Origin: Oscillospiraceae bacterium
GTDB lineage: Bacteria; Bacillota; Clostridia; Oscillospirales; Oscillospiraceae
Direction: 5' to 3'
Assembly: GCA_015068035.1 (NCBI GenBank)
Contig: SVLI01000007.1
Location: forward strand, 31,176 to 95,175
DNA: 64,000 nt
Below, piece by piece: positions 34,468 through 44,550 of the stretch (the first letter of the stretch is position 1; each line of letters opens with the position of its first letter). The position numbers and the translations under genes are program-made. The notes under the pieces were generated by a model, which saw only the letters and a program-made list of their open reading frames with translations, did no database searches and had not been told where the DNA came from.

Positions 34468-35508
34468 TCACATATCCAACTGTTCCTGGCCGAGATAGGC
34501 CAGACCGAGATGTTCATAGGCGCGCCGCGTCACGCAGCGGCCGCGCGGCGTGCGGATCAGGAATCCCTGCTGCAGCAAATAAGGCTCGTAAACGTCCTCA
34601 AGCGTCACCGTCTCCTCGTTGATCGTGGCCGAGAGCGTCTCCAATCCAACCGGGCCGCCGTTATAATAATCGATGATGCTGCGCAGCATCAGGCGATCGG
34701 TCGCGTCCAGGCCGCAGTCGTCCACCTCCAGCTTCGTGAGCGCAGCGTCCGCAACCTCTTTTGTGATCACGCCGTCTGCGCGCACCTGCGCAAAATCGCG
34801 CACGCGGCGCAGCATGCGGTTGGCAATACGGGGTGTGCCGCGAGAACGCGCGGCGATCTCGTATGCGCCCTGCGTTTCAATGGCAATGTTCAGAATGCCC
34901 GCCGAGCGCTCCACGATCCGGCGCAGCTCCTCAACCGTGTACAGCTCCAGCTTAAGAATCACGCCAAAGCGGTCACGCAGGGGCGCCGTAAGCTGACCGG
35001 AGCGCGTTGTCGCGCCGATCAGCGTAAACTTCGGCAGATCGAGCCGGATGGAATTCGCGCTCGGCCCCTTGCCGATGATGATGTCAATGGAATAATCCTC
35101 CATCGCGGGATAGAGAATCTCCTCCACCGAGCGGTTGAGCCGGTGAATCTCGTCCACAAACAGAATGTCGTTCTCCTGCAGATTCGTCAGCAGCGCGGCA
35201 AGGTCGCCCGCCTTTTCAATGGCAGGCCCGCTCGTGATGCGCATATTCACGCCCATCTCGTTTGCAATCACCGCCGCGAGCGTCGTTTTGCCGAGGCCCG
35301 GAGGGCCGTGCAACAGCACGTGGTCAAGCGGCTCATTGCGCTTACGCGCTGCCTCGATAAACACGCTGAGATTGTCCTTGGCCTTCTCCTGGCCAATGTA
35401 TTCCGAAATGTTTTTCGGACGCAGAGAACCCTCACTCACATCCTCCGGCAAAATGCTTGCGGAGGTCACCAGATTCTCAGCGTAGCTGTTGGAAAATTCG
35501 ATGCTCAT
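34468..35508 (-). CDS. ruvB: Holliday junction branch-migration helicase RuvB
   Basis: Walker A is [17 protein letters not shown] and RTPRG are also present. Confidence 0.97.
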   Translation of the reverse strand: MSIEFSNSYAENLVTSASILPEDVSEGSLRPKNISEYIGQEKAKDNLSVFIEAARKRNEPLDHVLLHGPPGLGKTTLAAVIANEMGVNMRITSGPAIEKAGDLAALLTNLQENDILFVDEIHRLNRSVEEILYPAMEDYSIDIIIGKGPSANSIRLDLPKFTLIGATTRSGQLTAPLRDRFGVILKLELYTVEELRRIVERSAGILNIAIETQGAYEIAARSRGTPRIANRMLRRVRDFAQVRADGVITKEVADAALTKLEVDDCGLDATDRLMLRSIIDYYNGGPVGLETLSATINEETVTLEDVYEPYLLQQGFLIRTPRGRCVTRRAYEHLGLAYLGQEQLDM

Positions 35509-35515
35509 AGCTGCC

Positions 35516-36118
35516 TCACTTTATCATGCGCCGCAGCGCCAGCTTGATGATCTCATCGACCGCCAGATCCTGCGCGTCGATGCCCTTGAGCGCAGCGCTG
35601 ATCTCCGCGCTGCTGTAACCGAGAACCGCCAGCGCAGCGGCGGCATCCGAAGCTTTCGAGCTCCCGACGGGCGCCGCGCCCGACGGCATGCCGGACACAC
35701 CGGAAAATTCCGGCGCCTGCTTGCTCATTTTGTCCTTCAGCTCCAGAATCACGCGCTGGGCAATTTTCTTTCCGATGCCCGGGGCGACGGTCAGCGCCCG
35801 CTCATCGCCGGTGAGAATCGCCATAGCAAGCGCGTCTGGCGTGCTGGATGAAAGGATGGAAAGCGCCGCCTTCGGGCCGACGCCGGAAACACCGATGAGT
35901 TGCTCAAAGCAGCGCTTCTCGCCCAGCGTCAAAAAACCGTAGAGGTCAAAGCAATCCTCCCGCACATTCAGGTATGTATAAAGCTTCGCGCGCTCGCCAA
36001 CCCGCAGCCCCGCAAGGGTGTTTGTCGTGGTGTTGAGCGCATAGCCAACGCCGCCGCAGTCCACCACGGCCAGCATATTGAGAATATCGGTTACTTTTCC
36101 TTCTATATGGTAGAACAC
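35516..36118 (-). CDS. ruvA: Holliday junction DNA-binding protein RuvA
   Basis: 200 aa. The helix-hairpin-helix motifs are [16 protein letters not shown] and [10 protein letters not shown]. Confidence 0.95.
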   Translation of the reverse strand: MFYHIEGKVTDILNMLAVVDCGGVGYALNTTTNTLAGLRVGERAKLYTYLNVREDCFDLYGFLTLGEKRCFEQLIGVSGVGPKAALSILSSSTPDALAMAILTGDERALTVAPGIGKKIAQRVILELKDKMSKQAPEFSGVSGMPSGAAPVGSSKASDAAAALAVLGYSSAEISAALKGIDAQDLAVDEIIKLALRRMIK

Positions 36119-36615
36119 GGGTCAAATCCTCCTCTGCGCAGCAGGGATGTGCTGCTGCGGGCATGGCACAACGCGATTGCAACCGCATCCGCCGCATCGT
36201 CCGGCTTCGGCGGCGCACTGAGATGCAAAATGCGCGTGACCATGTCGATCACCTGCTTTTTTTCTGCCTTTCCGTAGCCGACAACGGCCTGCTTCACCTG
36301 CGAAGGCGTATACTCAAAGATCTCCACGCCGAGCTGGTAAGCCGCAAGCAGGATCACGCCTCTGCCGTGCGCCACGGAAATGCCCGTTGTGATGTTCGTG
36401 TTGAAAAACAGCTCCTCGACCGCCATACAATCCGGCGAATAGGCCCTGATCAGATCACTCAAGTCTCTGTGAATGCTCTCAAGCCGGCTCGAGAGCATCA
36501 CACCCGCGGGCGTAGTGATCACGCCGCAGCTTTGAAGCGTCTGTCTTCCCCTGTCCGCATCCAGGATGCTAAAGCCGATTGTTGCAATGCCGGGATCCAC
36601 ACCGAGTATCCGCAT
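36103..36615 (-). CDS. ruvC: Crossover junction endodeoxyribonuclease RuvC
   Basis: MRILGVDPGIATIGF is present. It overlaps ruvA by 16 nt. Confidence 0.95.
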   Translation of the reverse strand: MRILGVDPGIATIGFSILDADRGRQTLQSCGVITTPAGVMLSSRLESIHRDLSDLIRAYSPDCMAVEELFFNTNITTGISVAHGRGVILLAAYQLGVEIFEYTPSQVKQAVVGYGKAEKKQVIDMVTRILHLSAPPKPDDAADAVAIALCHARSSTSLLRRGGFDPCSTI

Positions 36616-36902
36616 CGTCTCGCCTTTCTGTTTCGTAATTGTTTCGCGCGCCTGCGCAGCACTGTTGTTTTCCTTACTAATACATTATTATACTATAGCA
36701 CGTTTCAAACTCGAAAGCAATCCCGGGTTTTGAAGCTTCCTGCCCCTTTCTGATGCAGCGCAGCTCCCATCGCCGCTTCTCCGCGCGGCAGATCACAGCG
36801 CCGTTGAGCGCATAAGCAATCACCTCCATCAGCCTTGGCGGATGGAGGTGATTCTTTGCGGCGGTTCCGTCCGATCAGCAAACGGAATTGCCGGATATTT
36901 TC

Positions 36903-37673
36903 TTATCCGCGACGGTTACGCTGATAGATCAGCCAAAGTCCGCGCATGATGAGCTGCTCGTCCACCGTGATCTCTCTGCGGCAAAACGGCGTTACGCTCG
37001 CGGCAAAGTCGCCGGTCGCGACAACGCTCACCGGCTTGCCCAGCTCCGCTTCAATGCGCTCAATCAGTCCGTCAAGCATGGCGGCGGTGCCGTAGATCAA
37101 ACCGCTTCGCATCCCGTCAATGGTGCTTTTGCCGATCACATGCGCGGGCGGCTGAAGCCCGACGTTTGGAAGCTGCGCAGTTCTTCTTGCCAGCGCCGTT
37201 CCGGAAACGGCCACACCCGGACAGATCGCGCCGCCAATGTAGCTGCCGTTCTCGTCAAGCACGCCGATGGCCGTTGCCGTGCCCATATCGATCGTCACAC
37301 AGGGCAGCGGCAGGCTCTGCAGCGCCGCAACCGCGGCTGCAACAAAGTCCCCACCCAGCGCACCGGGGTCATCAATGCGGATTTTCAGCCCCGTTTTGAC
37401 GCCGGGACCCACCACGAGCGGCACCTGCTTTGTCAGCCGCTGGATGACAGCCGAGAGCGTCTGCGTCAATTGCGGAACGACAGAGCAGATCACGGCACCC
37501 TCGATTGCGCCCAGCTCCGCTCCGCAGGCCGCGGCCGAGAAGCTGACCAGTGCTGCATATTCGTCCGTCGTGCGGCTCAGGTCAGAGGAAAGGCGGAAGG
37601 TGAACCTCGCCTCGCCGTCTTCCATACCGCTGATGACAATGTTGGTGTTGCTGATATCCAAAGTCAGAATCAT
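36903..37673 (-). CDS. coaX: Type III pantothenate kinase
   Basis: MILTLDISNTNIV is present, with later GTA/ATGD blocks. Length is 256 aa. Confidence 0.9.
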   Translation of the reverse strand: MILTLDISNTNIVISGMEDGEARFTFRLSSDLSRTTDEYAALVSFSAAACGAELGAIEGAVICSVVPQLTQTLSAVIQRLTKQVPLVVGPGVKTGLKIRIDDPGALGGDFVAAAVAALQSLPLPCVTIDMGTATAIGVLDENGSYIGGAICPGVAVSGTALARRTAQLPNVGLQPPAHVIGKSTIDGMRSGLIYGTAAMLDGLIERIEAELGKPVSVVATGDFAASVTPFCRREITVDEQLIMRGLWLIYQRNRRG

Positions 37674-37830
37674 TCTACTTCACGCTCCTACCGGGAATAC
37701 TCTAACAAATACGAACGGGAATGTCAAAATAAACTCGCGAACGCTTGCATTTTTTGCACAAGCTGTTATAATTAAGCAAGAGCATACTGAAAAGTTGCCA
37801 CAGGAATCAAATTTGAAAGGAAGTATACCT

Positions 37831-38181
37831 ATGAGCTACAAGATCGTTCGCAAAGAGGATGCATATCCCTATGAGGCTGCCAAGCACTACAACATGCTGG
37901 CCACCCGCCTGCACAACCCCGTCGATGTCAATGACGGCGTTCTGACCGTTGGCCTGTCCCACTTCCTGCCCGGCGGCGGCTGCGAGTTCGGCAACAACGC
38001 CATGGAGTCCGTCTACTACGTCATCTCCGGCGAGCTGACCCTGAAGACCGAGGACGTCGAGACCGTTCTCAAGCCCGGTGACACCTTCCACTGCGGACCT
38101 GGCACCAACAAGGCCATCCACAACAACGGCACCGAGACCGTTAAGATGCTCGTCGTGCTCACCAACCCCAACGCGAAGTAA
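37831..38181 (+). CDS. Cupin-domain protein
   Basis: 116 aa, found inside the longer track ORF 37267..38181. ESVYYVISGELTL...GDTFHCGPGTNKAIHN is present. A strong terminator follows. Confidence 0.75.
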   Translation: MSYKIVRKEDAYPYEAAKHYNMLATRLHNPVDVNDGVLTVGLSHFLPGGGCEFGNNAMESVYYVISGELTLKTEDVETVLKPGDTFHCGPGTNKAIHNNGTETVKMLVVLTNPNAK

Positions 38182-38192
38182 GCACGCCTTCT

Positions 38193-38228
38193 AAAAGACG
38201 GACAGCGTTATGCTGTCCGTCTTTTTTG
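38193..38228 (+). terminator. Intrinsic terminator
   Basis: The stem is gacggacagc / gctgtccgtc, the loop is gttat, and a T6 run follows. Confidence 0.85.
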
Positions 38229-38346
38229 TTCTCCCTTTCCTATTATTTTGGTTTTCATTTCGTAATTTTTGCAAGTTCCCTCTTCATATGTTGCAAATTG
38301 CCCGTCATTCGATGCATTCCGCCTTGTTTTTTCGGGAATGTGTCCA

Positions 38347-38375
38347 TTGACGAAAAACAAAAGCTATACTATCAT
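38347..38375 (+). promoter_or_regulatory. Putative sigma-A promoter for citrate synthase
   Basis: TTGACG, then 17 nt, then TATCAT. An AAGGAGG RBS lies 8 nt before the ATG at 38406. Confidence 0.6.
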
Positions 38376-38405
38376 ATAAAAATCTAATCCCAAGGAGGCT
38401 GTGAC

Positions 38406-39770
38406 ATGGACGCGATCAACTGCACAAGATCCGATGAGAATCTCGCTGCGCTTTGCAGCATGTATGCCGCCGGCAATCATATCGACACGAAGGGCTATCG
38501 CCGACACGAGGTTAAACGCGGTCTGCGTAATGCGGACGGCACCGGCGTGCTTGCCGGACTCACACAGATCGGCAACGTTCTGGGTTACTATGTGCAGGAC
38601 GGTGAGCGCTATCCCATGCCCGGCCGGCTGTTCTTCCGCGGCATCAATGTGGAGGAGCTTGTCAACGGCTTCATGAGCGAAGACCGTTTCGGCTATGAGG
38701 AAACCGTCTATCTGCTGCTGTTCGGCGAGCTGCCCACAGAGGCGCAGATGCAGGCATTCCATGACATTATGGATGAGTACCGGGAGATGCCCCGCCGCTT
38801 CACGGAGGACATGATCCTCGCCGCGCCGAGCCGCGACGTGATGAACAAGCTCGCCCGCTCGGTGATGGCCATGTATTCCTACGATCCGGATCCGGAAAAC
38901 AACAGCTATACGGAGCAAATGCGAAAGGCGCTGCATCTCATCGCCCGCTGCCCGACTCTGGTTGCGCACGCGTTTGCCGCCAAAAAGCACTATTACGACA
39001 ACGAGAGTCTGGTTCTCCACCGCCCGAAGGCCGGATTGACCATCGCGGAAAACTTCCTGCACGCCGTGCGGCCGGACAATCAGTTCACCAAAGAGGAGGC
39101 GCGGCTGCTCGACCTGTGCATGGTGCTGCATGCCGAGCACGGCGGCGGTAACAACTCCGCTTTCGCCTGCCGCGTTCTGTCTTCCTCCGGCACGGACATC
39201 TATTCCTCGATCGCAGCAGCCGTCGGCTCTCTGAAGGGGCCGCGGCACGGCGGTGCGAACATGAAGGTCATGGAGCAGTTCGACATGCTGGAGGCGCGCA
39301 TCCGCGACTGGAAGGATGAAGACGAGATCTCCGCAAATCTCCGGCTGATCGCAAACAAGGAGATTGGCGACGGCAGCGGCCTCATCTACGGTGTCGGCCA
39401 CGCCATCTATACCCTCTCCGATCCCCGCGCCGTTCTCCTCAAGCGTTTTGTCCGCTCCGTTGCGGAAAGCAAGGGCATGACCGATGAGCTGGATCTGTTT
39501 GAGGCCGTCGAGCGTCTTGCTCCCGCCGTGCTCAACAGCCACCGCGACGAGAACCGCGTTTACTGCGCGAATGTGGATATGTATTCCGGCCTTGTCTACA
39601 AGATGCTCGGCATCCCGGTGGAACTGTACACGCCGCTGTTTGCCATGGCGCGCATGGCCGGTTGGTGCGCACACCGCATTGAGGAAATCTGCAACGCCAA
39701 CAAAATCATCCGTCCGGCCTACAAAAACATCACCAAGGCACGTCCTTTCACCCCGCTCAGCGAGCGGTAA
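38406..39770 (+). CDS. Citrate synthase family protein
   Basis: LHAEHGGGNNS, GPRHGGAN and GVGHAIYTLSDPRA are present. Confidence 0.9.
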   Translation: MDAINCTRSDENLAALCSMYAAGNHIDTKGYRRHEVKRGLRNADGTGVLAGLTQIGNVLGYYVQDGERYPMPGRLFFRGINVEELVNGFMSEDRFGYEETVYLLLFGELPTEAQMQAFHDIMDEYREMPRRFTEDMILAAPSRDVMNKLARSVMAMYSYDPDPENNSYTEQMRKALHLIARCPTLVAHAFAAKKHYYDNESLVLHRPKAGLTIAENFLHAVRPDNQFTKEEARLLDLCMVLHAEHGGGNNSAFACRVLSSSGTDIYSSIAAAVGSLKGPRHGGANMKVMEQFDMLEARIRDWKDEDEISANLRLIANKEIGDGSGLIYGVGHAIYTLSDPRAVLLKRFVRSVAESKGMTDELDLFEAVERLAPAVLNSHRDENRVYCANVDMYSGLVYKMLGIPVELYTPLFAMARMAGWCAHRIEEICNANKIIRPAYKNITKARPFTPLSER

Positions 39771-39781
39771 GCACGATCAGC

Positions 39782-39812
39782 AAAGCGGAGCAGAAAACTG
39801 CTCCGCTTTTTT
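39782..39812 (+). terminator. Intrinsic terminator
   Basis: The stem is aaagcggagcag / ctgctccgcttt, the loop is aaaa, and a T-run follows. Confidence 0.85.
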
Positions 39813-39929
39813 CATGCCCGAAAGCAGCCGCATCGTCAGATACTTCGCTGCTTGATGCTTTACAGCAGCACATTTCTATGATAGCATGGACACAAAATAA
39901 CCGCCCCGGATATTGGAAGGAGAATCGCC

Positions 39930-40955
39930 ATGCAGACTGTTGACCATGTCCATCTGAGCGAGGACGAGAAGGAACTGATCATTCTCGACCAGACGCAGCT
40001 TCCCAACCGCCGGATCTATCTCCGCCTGCGCAGCAGAGAGGAGCTTTTCCGGGCAATCAAGGAGCTGCAGGTGCGCGGCGCGCCCGCCATCGGCATCTTT
40101 GCGGGCTTCGCCATGTACGTTCTGGCGCAGCAGTACAGCAGAGAGGAATTTCTATCCCGCTTCCGGGAAGACGCGGCCTATCTCAACTCTTCCCGTCCCA
40201 CAGCGGTCAATCTGAGCTGGGCGCTCCGGCGCATGACCCGCACGGCGGAGGAAAGCGGCGGCGATCTGCACGCCCTCCGTGCGGAATGTCAGACCATTCT
40301 GGACGAGGACATCGCCATGTGCACCGCCATCTCGGAGCATGGGCTGAGCCTTCTGAAAGAGGGAGACGGCGTGCTGACCCACTGCAACGCAGGCCCCATC
40401 GCCACCTCGCGCTACGGCACCGCCATCGGCCCCATCCTCATGGCGCAGGAGCGCGGCATCCGCCTGCGGGCTTTTTGCGACGAGACGCGTCCGCTTTTGC
40501 AGGGCGCGCGGCTCACAAGCTGGGAGCTCCAAAACGCGGGTGTGGACACCACGCTCATCTGCGACAACATGGCCGCGACCGTCATGTCGCAGGGAAAAAT
40601 CCAGTTTTGTTTCGTCGGCTGCGACCGGGTGGCCGCCAACGGCGACACCGCCAACAAGATCGGCACCTACGGCGTGGCCATTCTGGCAAAGCACTTTGGC
40701 ATCCCGTTTTACGTTTTGGGGCCTTCCTCCACCATTGATATGGCCTGTGCCACGGGAAAGGACATTCCCGTCGAGCTGCGCGAAGCGGATGAGATCCGCA
40801 GCAAATGGTATCGCGAGCCGATGGCGCCGGAGGGCGTAAAGTGCTACAATCCCTCTTTTGATGTGACGGATCACAGCCTCATCTCCGGAATCATCACGGA
40901 AAAGGGCATCTGCCGCCCGCCATATACGGAAAGCCTCAAGGCGCTTTTTGAGTAA
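39930..40955 (+). CDS. mtnA: S-methyl-5-thioribose-1-phosphate isomerase (MtnA/eIF-2B-like)
   Basis: [24 protein letters not shown] and [18 protein letters not shown] are present. Confidence 0.9.
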   Translation: MQTVDHVHLSEDEKELIILDQTQLPNRRIYLRLRSREELFRAIKELQVRGAPAIGIFAGFAMYVLAQQYSREEFLSRFREDAAYLNSSRPTAVNLSWALRRMTRTAEESGGDLHALRAECQTILDEDIAMCTAISEHGLSLLKEGDGVLTHCNAGPIATSRYGTAIGPILMAQERGIRLRAFCDETRPLLQGARLTSWELQNAGVDTTLICDNMAATVMSQGKIQFCFVGCDRVAANGDTANKIGTYGVAILAKHFGIPFYVLGPSSTIDMACATGKDIPVELREADEIRSKWYREPMAPEGVKCYNPSFDVTDHSLISGIITEKGICRPPYTESLKALFE

Positions 40956-41048
40956 ATACACATCCGGGTTTCGTGGCCGCACCCTCCCGCGCGACGGGTT
41001 TCGCACCCATAACCCGGAACGAGTAAAAGGATAAAAGGAGAATTTACC

Positions 41049-41783
41049 ATGTCAGAGCTTCGTTCCTCTCCCTCCACTTCCATTGTGGCGGATCCCGACC
41101 TGATCGCCAAGGTCGTTTTGATGCCCGGCGATCCGCTCCGCGCCAAAACGGTTGCGGAGAAATTTCTGGAAAATCCCGTCTGCTTCAACACCGTGCGCAA
41201 TATGCTCGGCTACACCGGCCTGTATAAGGGGCGGAAAATTTCCGTCATGGGCAGCGGCATGGGCGTTCCCTCCGCCACGCTGTATATCCACGAGCTCTTC
41301 CATTTCTTCGATGTGGACGCCGTGATCCGCATCGGCTCCGCCGGCGGCCTCGGCGAGGACGTTCAGGTGCGTGAGCTGGTCGTTGCCATGACCGCCTCCA
41401 CCAACAGCGACTATGTCCGGCAGTACCAGTTCCCGGGCCTTCTGGCACCGCAGGCGGACTTTTCAATGCTTCGCACGGCCGTGGAGATCGCCGAGCAGAA
41501 GGGCATCCCAACCCGGGTCGGCAGCGTCTTCACCTCCGACCAGTTCTACAATGCCAATCCCCACGCCAACGAGCAGTACCGTGACATGGGCCTGCTGGCT
41601 GTGGAGATGGAGACGGCGGGCATCTACTGGGAAGCGATGGCCTCACACAAGAAAGCCCTGAGCCTGCTTTCCATTTCGGATCACATCTTCACCGGGGCAT
41701 CCCTCTCCGCCGAAGAGCGGCAAAATTCCTTCACGGACATGATGGAAGTGGCGCTCGAGACGGCCTGGACCGTCGCGGAATAA
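41049..41783 (+). CDS. deoD: Purine nucleoside phosphorylase, DeoD (hexameric) type
   Basis: VLMPGDPLRAK, GYTGLYKGRKISVMGSGMGVPS, RIGSAGG and VEMETAG are present. Confidence 0.9.
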   Translation: MSELRSSPSTSIVADPDLIAKVVLMPGDPLRAKTVAEKFLENPVCFNTVRNMLGYTGLYKGRKISVMGSGMGVPSATLYIHELFHFFDVDAVIRIGSAGGLGEDVQVRELVVAMTASTNSDYVRQYQFPGLLAPQADFSMLRTAVEIAEQKGIPTRVGSVFTSDQFYNANPHANEQYRDMGLLAVEMETAGIYWEAMASHKKALSLLSISDHIFTGASLSAEERQNSFTDMMEVALETAWTVAE

Positions 41784-41875
41784 GGCATCCCGACGCGCAA
41801 AACAAGCAGGAATCGCCGGGCATCGAATCCGTCGACGGATTTGCTGATTTATTTCTCAATTTTTGAAAGTTTTTC

Positions 41876-41904
41876 TTGCAATCACAGAAATGCTGTGATA
41901 TAAT
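41876..41904 (+). promoter_or_regulatory. Sigma-A promoter (extended -10) for rplS
   Basis: TTGCAA, then 17 nt, then TATAAT preceded by TGA. A leader of about 95 nt follows. Confidence 0.7.
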
Positions 41905-42006
41905 GCCAACGCATTTTGCGGGCTGAGCCCGCATATCAAGGCGGTCCGCTGCCGGATTGTGCTGTGTGCCACGGTATGAACGTCTGTAGAAAAGGAAGGA
42001 TTTTTT

Positions 42007-42348
42007 ATGGATCTCATCAAAACCCTCACCGAGCAGTACATGAAGCCTGAGCTTCCCGCACTGAACGTCGGTGACACCGTTCGCGTTACCGTCCGCGTCA
42101 AGGAAGGCAGCCGCGAGCGCACCCAGGCCTTCGAGGGCATCATCATCGCCAAGAAGCATGGCGGCATCAACGAGACGATCACCGTGCGCCGCATCAGCTA
42201 CAATGTCGGCTGCGAAAAGGTGTTCCCCGTCCACTCCCCCACGATCGTTTCCGTGGATACCATCCGCCGCGGTAAGGTTCGCCGCGCGAAGCTGTATTAC
42301 CTGCGCGACCGCGTGGGCAAGAAGGCCAAGGTCAAAGAGCGTCTGTAA
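42007..42348 (+). CDS. rplS: 50S ribosomal protein L19
   Basis: [32 protein letters not shown] is present. Length is 113 aa. Confidence 0.97.
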   Translation: MDLIKTLTEQYMKPELPALNVGDTVRVTVRVKEGSRERTQAFEGIIIAKKHGGINETITVRRISYNVGCEKVFPVHSPTIVSVDTIRRGKVRRAKLYYLRDRVGKKAKVKERL

Positions 42349-42365
42349 GGCAATCGTGCCTAAGA

Positions 42366-42402
42366 GAAACAGGGTTTCCGGTTTTCGGAAGCCCTGTTTT
42401 TC
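42366..42402 (+). terminator. Intrinsic terminator
   Basis: The stem is gaaacagggtttccg / cggaagccctgtttt, followed by a T-run. Confidence 0.8.
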
Positions 42403-42430
42403 TATTCATTTCTCAATATGCACACAAAAA

Positions 42431-42459
42431 TTGACTTTTCCCGACTGCTGTGATAAATT
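42431..42459 (+). promoter_or_regulatory. Putative sigma-A promoter (extended -10)
   Basis: TTGACT, then 17 nt, then TAAATT preceded by TGA. Confidence 0.6.
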
Positions 42460-42562
42460 ATTTGATATGTTACCGTTTGTACTGGGACACGCTTTGGAAT
42501 CAGATGTCGAATGCGCTTCATGCGCTCTTACAGGATAAAGAATAAAAGGAGAGAGAGCACAG

Positions 42563-43747
42563 ATGGATATTTTCGAAAAATGCTTCAACTACAAGCAGGC
42601 AGATGAGCTGCGCGCGCAGGATCTGTTCCCCTATTTCCGCGAGCTGCAATCCCGTCAGGACGTGGAAGTCATCATGGAGGGCAAGCGCCGCATCATGCTC
42701 GGCTCCAACAACTATCTCGGTCTGACCACGAATCCGGAGATCATCGCCGCAGGCGTAAAAGCGCTTGACGAATACGGCACCGGCTGCTCCGGCTCCCGTC
42801 TGCTCAACGGAACGCTGGTTCTGCACCTGCAGTTTGAAAAGGAGCTTGCTGAATTCCTTGGCGTAGGCGACGTGGCAACCTTCCCCTCCGGCTTTCAGTC
42901 CAACCTTGGCATCATTTCCGCGCTTGTCGGCCGCAATGACTATGTGATTTGCGACAAGGAAAATCACGCAAGTATCTATGACGGCTGCAAGCTCTCTTAC
43001 GGCAAGATGCTCCGCTATCGCCACAGCGACATGGCGGATCTGGAAAAGCAGCTTCAGCGTGTTCCGGAAGAGGCCGGCTGCCTGATCGTGACGGACGGCG
43101 TGTTCTCCATGGCCGGCGACATTGCCAAGCTTCCCGAAATCGTGGCGCTTGCGAAGAAATATCACGCGCGTGTCATGGTCGACGATGCGCACGGCTTTGG
43201 TATCCTCGGCAAGGGCGGCCGCGGTACGGCCAGCCACTTTGGTCTGGAAAAGGATGTCGACGTCATCATGGGCACCTTCTCCAAGTCCCTCGCCTCGCTG
43301 GGCGGCTTCATGGCGGCGGACGCCAAGGTTGTGGACTATGTGCGCTGCAACTCCCGTCCCTACATCTTTGCCGCTTCGGTTCCGCCCGCAAGCATTGCCG
43401 TTGCAAACGCTTCCCTGCGCTATCTTGCCGCGCATCCCGAGCTTCCGGTCAACCTGCTGGCCAACGCGCAGTATATGCGTGAGAAGCTGCGCGCCAACAA
43501 CATTCAGATCATCGACGCGGAGACGCCCATCATCCCCATCTTTACATATGATCCGATCGTCACGCTGCAGGCGCAGAAGGAGCTCTACGATCGCGGTGTA
43601 TACGTCAACGCCACGCTGCCGCCCGCCTGCGCGCCCGGTGAGTGCCTGCTGCGCTGCACGCTGATGGCAACGCACACGAAGGAACTCATCGACGAGGCGA
43701 CGGAGATCATTGTCGATGTTCTCTCCCACTATGAGCTCAAAAAATAA
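42563..43747 (+). CDS. PLP-dependent alpha-oxoamine synthase, serine-palmitoyltransferase-like
   Basis: The PLP-Lys motif is GTFSKSLASLGGF (SPT-type, versus GTLGKA in KBL/BioF). PYFRELQS, GSNNYLGL, NHASIYDG, DGVFSMAGD and the C-terminal PPACAPGECLLRCTLMATHT are also present. Confidence 0.8.
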   Translation: MDIFEKCFNYKQADELRAQDLFPYFRELQSRQDVEVIMEGKRRIMLGSNNYLGLTTNPEIIAAGVKALDEYGTGCSGSRLLNGTLVLHLQFEKELAEFLGVGDVATFPSGFQSNLGIISALVGRNDYVICDKENHASIYDGCKLSYGKMLRYRHSDMADLEKQLQRVPEEAGCLIVTDGVFSMAGDIAKLPEIVALAKKYHARVMVDDAHGFGILGKGGRGTASHFGLEKDVDVIMGTFSKSLASLGGFMAADAKVVDYVRCNSRPYIFAASVPPASIAVANASLRYLAAHPELPVNLLANAQYMREKLRANNIQIIDAETPIIPIFTYDPIVTLQAQKELYDRGVYVNATLPPACAPGECLLRCTLMATHTKELIDEATEIIVDVLSHYELKK

Positions 43748-44531
43748 GCCCGTTGTCGTCATCACCGGCGGCAGCAGCGGCATTGGGAAGGCAGCAGCGG
43801 CGCTCTTTGCCGGGCGCGGCTGCCGCACCTATGAACTCAGCCGCAGCGGCATCGATGCGGAGAATATCCGCCACATCACAGCGGATATGACGGATGAGCA
43901 GAGCGTTTCCGACGCTGTTGACCGGATTCTGTCCGAGTGCGGGAGGATTGATATTTTCGTCTGCAACGCCGGATGGGGCATCTCCGGCGCGGTGGAATTC
44001 ACGGAGACGGAGGCCGCGCAGCGGCTGTTTGACGTCAACTTTTTCGGCGTCCTGCGCTGCATCCGCAAAGTTGTGCCTGTTATGCGCACACAGAAAAGCG
44101 GACGCATCGTCTGCCTGAGCAGCGTGGCAGCGCCCCTTGCCATCCCCTATCAGGCCTTCTATTCCGCAAGCAAGGCAGCAATCAACGATCTTGTGCTCGC
44201 GCTGCGATGCGAGCTGCGGCAGTTCGGCGTAAAGGTGAGCGCCGTGATGCCGGGCGACGCGCAAACCGGCTTCACCGCAAACCGGGAAAAGGCATCTGAG
44301 GGTGATGCGCTTTACGGCGGCGCGATTGAGCGCGCCGTCTCCGCCATGGAAAAGGACGAGCGCGGCGGCATGCCGCCCGAAACCGTTGCTAAGAAGATTT
44401 ATCTTGCGGCAACGAGAAAACACCCGCGTCCTTTCTATGTTGCGGGCGCCAAATACCGCCTGTTTGTGATGATCGCCAAGTTCCTGCCGACCTCCCTCGT
44501 CAACTGGATCATCGGCAAGATGTACGGCTGA
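43731..44531 (+). CDS. Classical short-chain dehydrogenase/reductase
   Basis: VVVITGGSSGIGKA, NAGWG and YSASK (YxxxK) are present. The ATG at 43731 overlaps the preceding gene by 17 nt. Confidence 0.85.
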   Translation: MSSKNKPVVVITGGSSGIGKAAAALFAGRGCRTYELSRSGIDAENIRHITADMTDEQSVSDAVDRILSECGRIDIFVCNAGWGISGAVEFTETEAAQRLFDVNFFGVLRCIRKVVPVMRTQKSGRIVCLSSVAAPLAIPYQAFYSASKAAINDLVLALRCELRQFGVKVSAVMPGDAQTGFTANREKASEGDALYGGAIERAVSAMEKDERGGMPPETVAKKIYLAATRKHPRPFYVAGAKYRLFVMIAKFLPTSLVNWIIGKMYG

Positions 44532-44550
44532 AAATTATATGCTGCATACA

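Noticed and set aside
33330-35547. Two 430-aa plus-strand ORFs (33330..34622 and 34255..35547) opposite glmM and ruvB
   Set aside because: They are shadow ORFs. The minus strand encodes GlmM and RuvB with canonical motifs.
39813-39929. Possible SAM or other riboswitch upstream of mtnA; the same idea was considered for the 42460-42562 leader of the SPT-like gene
   Set aside because: I could not find the conserved cores of SAM-I/II/SMK or other common riboswitches by eye. Only a covariance-model scan could settle it.
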